A stretch of 64,000 nucleotides of DNA from an uncultured Gemmatimonadales bacterium (lineage in GTDB: Bacteria > Gemmatimonadota > Gemmatimonadetes > Longimicrobiales > RSA9), in the NCBI GenBank assembly GCA_963783305.1, contig CAWAMW010000015.1, forward strand, positions 224,001 through 288,000, read 5' to 3'. Shown here one piece after another: positions 61,275 to 64,000 of the stretch. Positions within the stretch are counted from its first letter, which is position 1. Each line of letters begins with the position of its first letter. Both the position numbers and the translations under genes were made by a program. The notes under the pieces are model-generated. The model was not told the DNA's origin, did no database searches, and saw only the letters and a list, made by a program, of their open reading frames with translations.

Positions 61275-64000
61275 CTCCCCGGCGCCGCCTTCCCCTCCTC
61301 CTGCTCCAGGTATGGAACGCCCGTGCTCATCCAGGCGGCCGCGGGCTCGCCCTTGAGGTAGTGGCCGAACCACTCGTTGATGCGGCGGTGGTAGTCGACC
61401 TGGTTCGGCTTCTTCGACAGCCCGTGGTTCTCGCCCTCGTAGACCAGCAGGACCATCTCCTTCCCCGCCCTGCGCGCGGCGTTGTAGAAGACGATGCCCT
61501 GGTCCCAGTCCACGGCGCCATCCTGGTCGCCGAACGCCACGAGCATGGGGGTGTTCAGGGTCTCGATGTGGTGGACGGGGGAGTTGGCCTGGTAGCTCGC
61601 CAGGTCCTCCCACGGCGGGACCTCCATGCGGCCCTGGCTGATCTCGAAGATGCGCGCGTCGGTGCCACCGACGTTCCAGTAGATGGACAGGTACATGCTG
61701 GTGAGCTCCGTGAGCGGCGCGCCCGCCACGGCCGCGGCGAAGATATCGGTCTGCGTGGGCACGAACGCGGTCTGGTACCCGCCCCACGAGTGCCCGATGA
61801 GCCCCACGCGCTCGGGATCCACCATGCCGGTGGCCACCGCGGCCTCCACCGCCGGCACCAGCGCCTCCACCGCCGACAGCCCCGGGTTCCGCGGCCGGTA
61901 CACGATGTCCGGCTGGAAGACGAAGTAGCCCTGGCTCGTCCACACGGCCGGGTTGTACTCCGACTCCTCGTCGGGGACGTAGTAGGTGTGGACGGTGGGG
62001 GAGCGGGTCTCGTAGATGTACGTGATCATGGGGTAGCGACGACCGGGCTCGTAGTCGGCCGGGTAGAAGAGCGCGCCCTGCAGCCGCTTCCCCCACTCGT
62101 TCTCGAACTCGATCAGCTCCGATCGGCCCCAGGTGTAGTCGCCCTGGAACGCGTTGCTGGCGGTCACCTGCCGACCCGAGCCCACCCGGCCGGTGGAGAC
62201 GAAGTAGTCGGGCGAGTCGTCGAAGTCCTGGACCATCCACGCGAAGACGTCCGCGTCCTCGGCCTTCGACAGCCGCGTCACCGACGCGTCCAGCCAGATC
62301 CGGCGCTCCGGCGCGCGGTCCAGCCGGCTCGCCACCCCGTAGCCGTTCCGCTTGCTCCACTCCCCCGTGAGGTTCCAGTACACGGGCGCGTCACGGTCGA
62401 TGGCCTCCTGGCCGTCCGTCCAGCCGACGCGATTGTAGCGGTGGATCACGCGGTCGGCCCGCCCATCCGTGAGCCGCCGTCCGCCGGAGCCGTCGGGGCG
62501 CACCTCCCAGGCGTCGTAGCGGTCGTGGAGCACCACGCTCCGGTCGCCCTCCGTCCAGCCGGCGTAGCGGAAGGGCGGCTTCTGCTCCACCGTGTGGTCG
62601 TCCGCGGTGTCCACGAAGACGGTGGGGAGCCCGCTGGTGAGGTCGATGGTGCGGTCGTCGCGGATGCTGTAGACCCGGTACTGGTCGTCCTCCAGGTAGA
62701 GCAGGTAGCGGCCGGCGGGTGACGCGCCGAAGAAGTGCTCGATCCGCTCCAGCACCTTCCGCCGCTCGCCCGTGCGCGTGTCGATCAGGTACGCGTCCTG
62801 GTACTCCGGCCCGAACATCCGCTCCTGGTCGTACGGCGCGCCGTCGAGCCCGAGCACGTACCGGTCGCCGTGGATCCGCTGCGCGCCGCGCTCGTAGTCG
62901 CCGCCCAGCCGGACGAACCGGTCGCCGTCCATGTGCCAGACGGCCAGCTCGTTCCGATCCCGGTCCATGCTCGCGGTCATCTTCTGCCGCGGGATGATGT
63001 CCACGTCCCGCGAGTGCCACACCTCGACGCCGGCCTCCGCCTCCTCGTCCGATGCCGAGTCCGCGGCCGGCTCGTCCCCCGCGGAGTCCGGCGCCTCCGT
63101 CGGCTCCCACGCCTGGATCCCGAAGAACACCGACCGCCCGTCGTCCGAGAACTCCGGCGCCCGGTGCGCCACGATCCGCGTGTCCGCCGGGAACCCGTCG
63201 TGCTCCCCCGGCTCGAACGCCCGCCTCTCGGCGCGCCCCGACACGTCCCGCCACGTCAGCACCGCGTGGCTCTTCTCCTCCCGGTCCTCGTCCTCGATCA
63301 CGCGCATCACCAGCAGGTCGTCGGCGTCCTCGCGCCAGCGCAGCTCCGTGTAATCGGCCGCCCGCGACTCCAGCACCCGGATCGCCCCCGACCGCGGGTC
63401 CCACACCCGCACGCCGTTGCCCGCGTTCCCGGCGGCATCCACGGTCATCGCCAGGAGCCGCCCATCGTCCTGCCACGCGAACTCGCCCACGTTGCCGAAG
63501 TTGACGTCGGTGCCCGTGGCCAGATCCCGCACCACCAGGTCCGCGCCGAACTCGTCCTCACCCTTCGCGTCGCCCACCGGGTAGCGCCGCATGGCCAGCC
63601 AGCGGCTGTCATCGCTGAACGCGAACGACGAGACGCCCGGAACCAGCGCCGTGTCGCCCCGGACCAGGTCCAACATTCCAAGTTTGCTCCGCGGCGAGTC
63701 CTTCGACTGCCGCAGCCGCTCCACCTCGTCGTCCGGGTACCAGATGGAGTAGGCGACCCACCGGCCGTCGCCGGAGAACGTGGCCCGCGAACCGTACGGG
63801 ATCACCACCACCGAGTCCGACGCCACGCGGTGGATCCGCAGCTCGTCCTCGTCGTTGACACGGGCGACTTCCACGGTCAGCCACTCGCCGTCGGGCGACA
63901 GCCGGTCGTTCTCCAGCCGCTCCCACTGCCCGTAGGCGTCCGGGGTGAGCGGGCGCGGCAGCGTGTCGGGGACGGGTACGGCCGAGTCGGCGACGGCCTC
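61271..64000 (-). CDS. S9 prolyl oligopeptidase-family peptidase (5'-truncated by window edge)
   Basis: Propeller repeats (FSDDG), GHSWGG nucleophile, D(GAV), ENHG; frame open to the window end. Confidence 0.93.
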   Translation of the reverse strand, partial: EAVADSAVPVPDTLPRPLTPDAYGQWERLENDRLSPDGEWLTVEVARVNDEDELRIHRVASDSVVVIPYGSRATFSGDGRWVAYSIWYPDDEVERLRQSKDSPRSKLGMLDLVRGDTALVPGVSSFAFSDDSRWLAMRRYPVGDAKGEDEFGADLVVRDLATGTDVNFGNVGEFAWQDDGRLLAMTVDAAGNAGNGVRVWDPRSGAIRVLESRAADYTELRWREDADDLLVMRVIEDEDREEKSHAVLTWRDVSGRAERRAFEPGEHDGFPADTRIVAHRAPEFSDDGRSVFFGIQAWEPTEAPDSAGDEPAADSASDEEAEAGVEVWHSRDVDIIPRQKMTASMDRDRNELAVWHMDGDRFVRLGGDYERGAQRIHGDRYVLGLDGAPYDQERMFGPEYQDAYLIDTRTGERRKVLERIEHFFGASPAGRYLLYLEDDQYRVYSIRDDRTIDLTSGLPTVFVDTADDHTVEQKPPFRYAGWTEGDRSVVLHDRYDAWEVRPDGSGGRRLTDGRADRVIHRYNRVGWTDGQEAIDRDAPVYWNLTGEWSKRNGYGVASRLDRAPERRIWLDASVTRLSKAEDADVFAWMVQDFDDSPDYFVSTGRVGSGRQVTASNAFQGDYTWGRSELIEFENEWGKRLQGALFYPADYEPGRRYPMITYIYETRSPTVHTYYVPDEESEYNPAVWTSQGYFVFQPDIVYRPRNPGLSAVEALVPAVEAAVATGMVDPERVGLIGHSWGGYQTAFVPTQTDIFAAAVAGAPLTELTSMYLSIYWNVGGTDARIFEISQGRMEVPPWEDLASYQANSPVHHIETLNTPMLVAFGDQDGAVDWDQGIVFYNAARRAGKEMVLLVYEGENHGLSKKPNQVDYHRRINEWFGHYLKGEPAAAWMSTGVPYLEQEEGKAAPGS

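Overview
High-GC bacterial chromosomal segment. The gene content, pilin sequences and a SusCD pair suggest Gemmatimonadota (inference, not tested). 1-17 kb holds housekeeping genes: tig-clpP-clpX-engB on +, and aroC-aroK-topA-trmFO-xerC-hslVU-argF-gcvT-mogA plus a sigma54 activator on -. 17-39.4 kb is a large minus-strand type IV pilus region. It contains pilMNOPQ followed by a ~1140-aa Ig-repeat/beta-propeller lipoprotein, two paralogous fimU-pilV-pilW-pilX cassettes, two pilins, a frameshifted O-antigen-ligase/O-OTase-like gene and two sigma54 two-component systems. Divergent from pilS is a sigma54-promoter-preceded zincin + PD40 propeller + Omp85-barrel fusion, and it shares a GCA-N3-TGC palindrome with the pilA promoter. 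42.8-64 kb holds an acyl-CoA synthetase, cls, mpl, an 8-heme cytochrome c, a DUF5715-like lipoprotein, ettA, a decayed kinase, SIMPL, MFS, SusC/SusD, a barrel-less plug protein, an S9 peptidase and four tandem repeats. Several frameshifts sit in homopolymers and may be long-read errors. No rRNA, tRNA, CRISPR array or mobile element was recognised.
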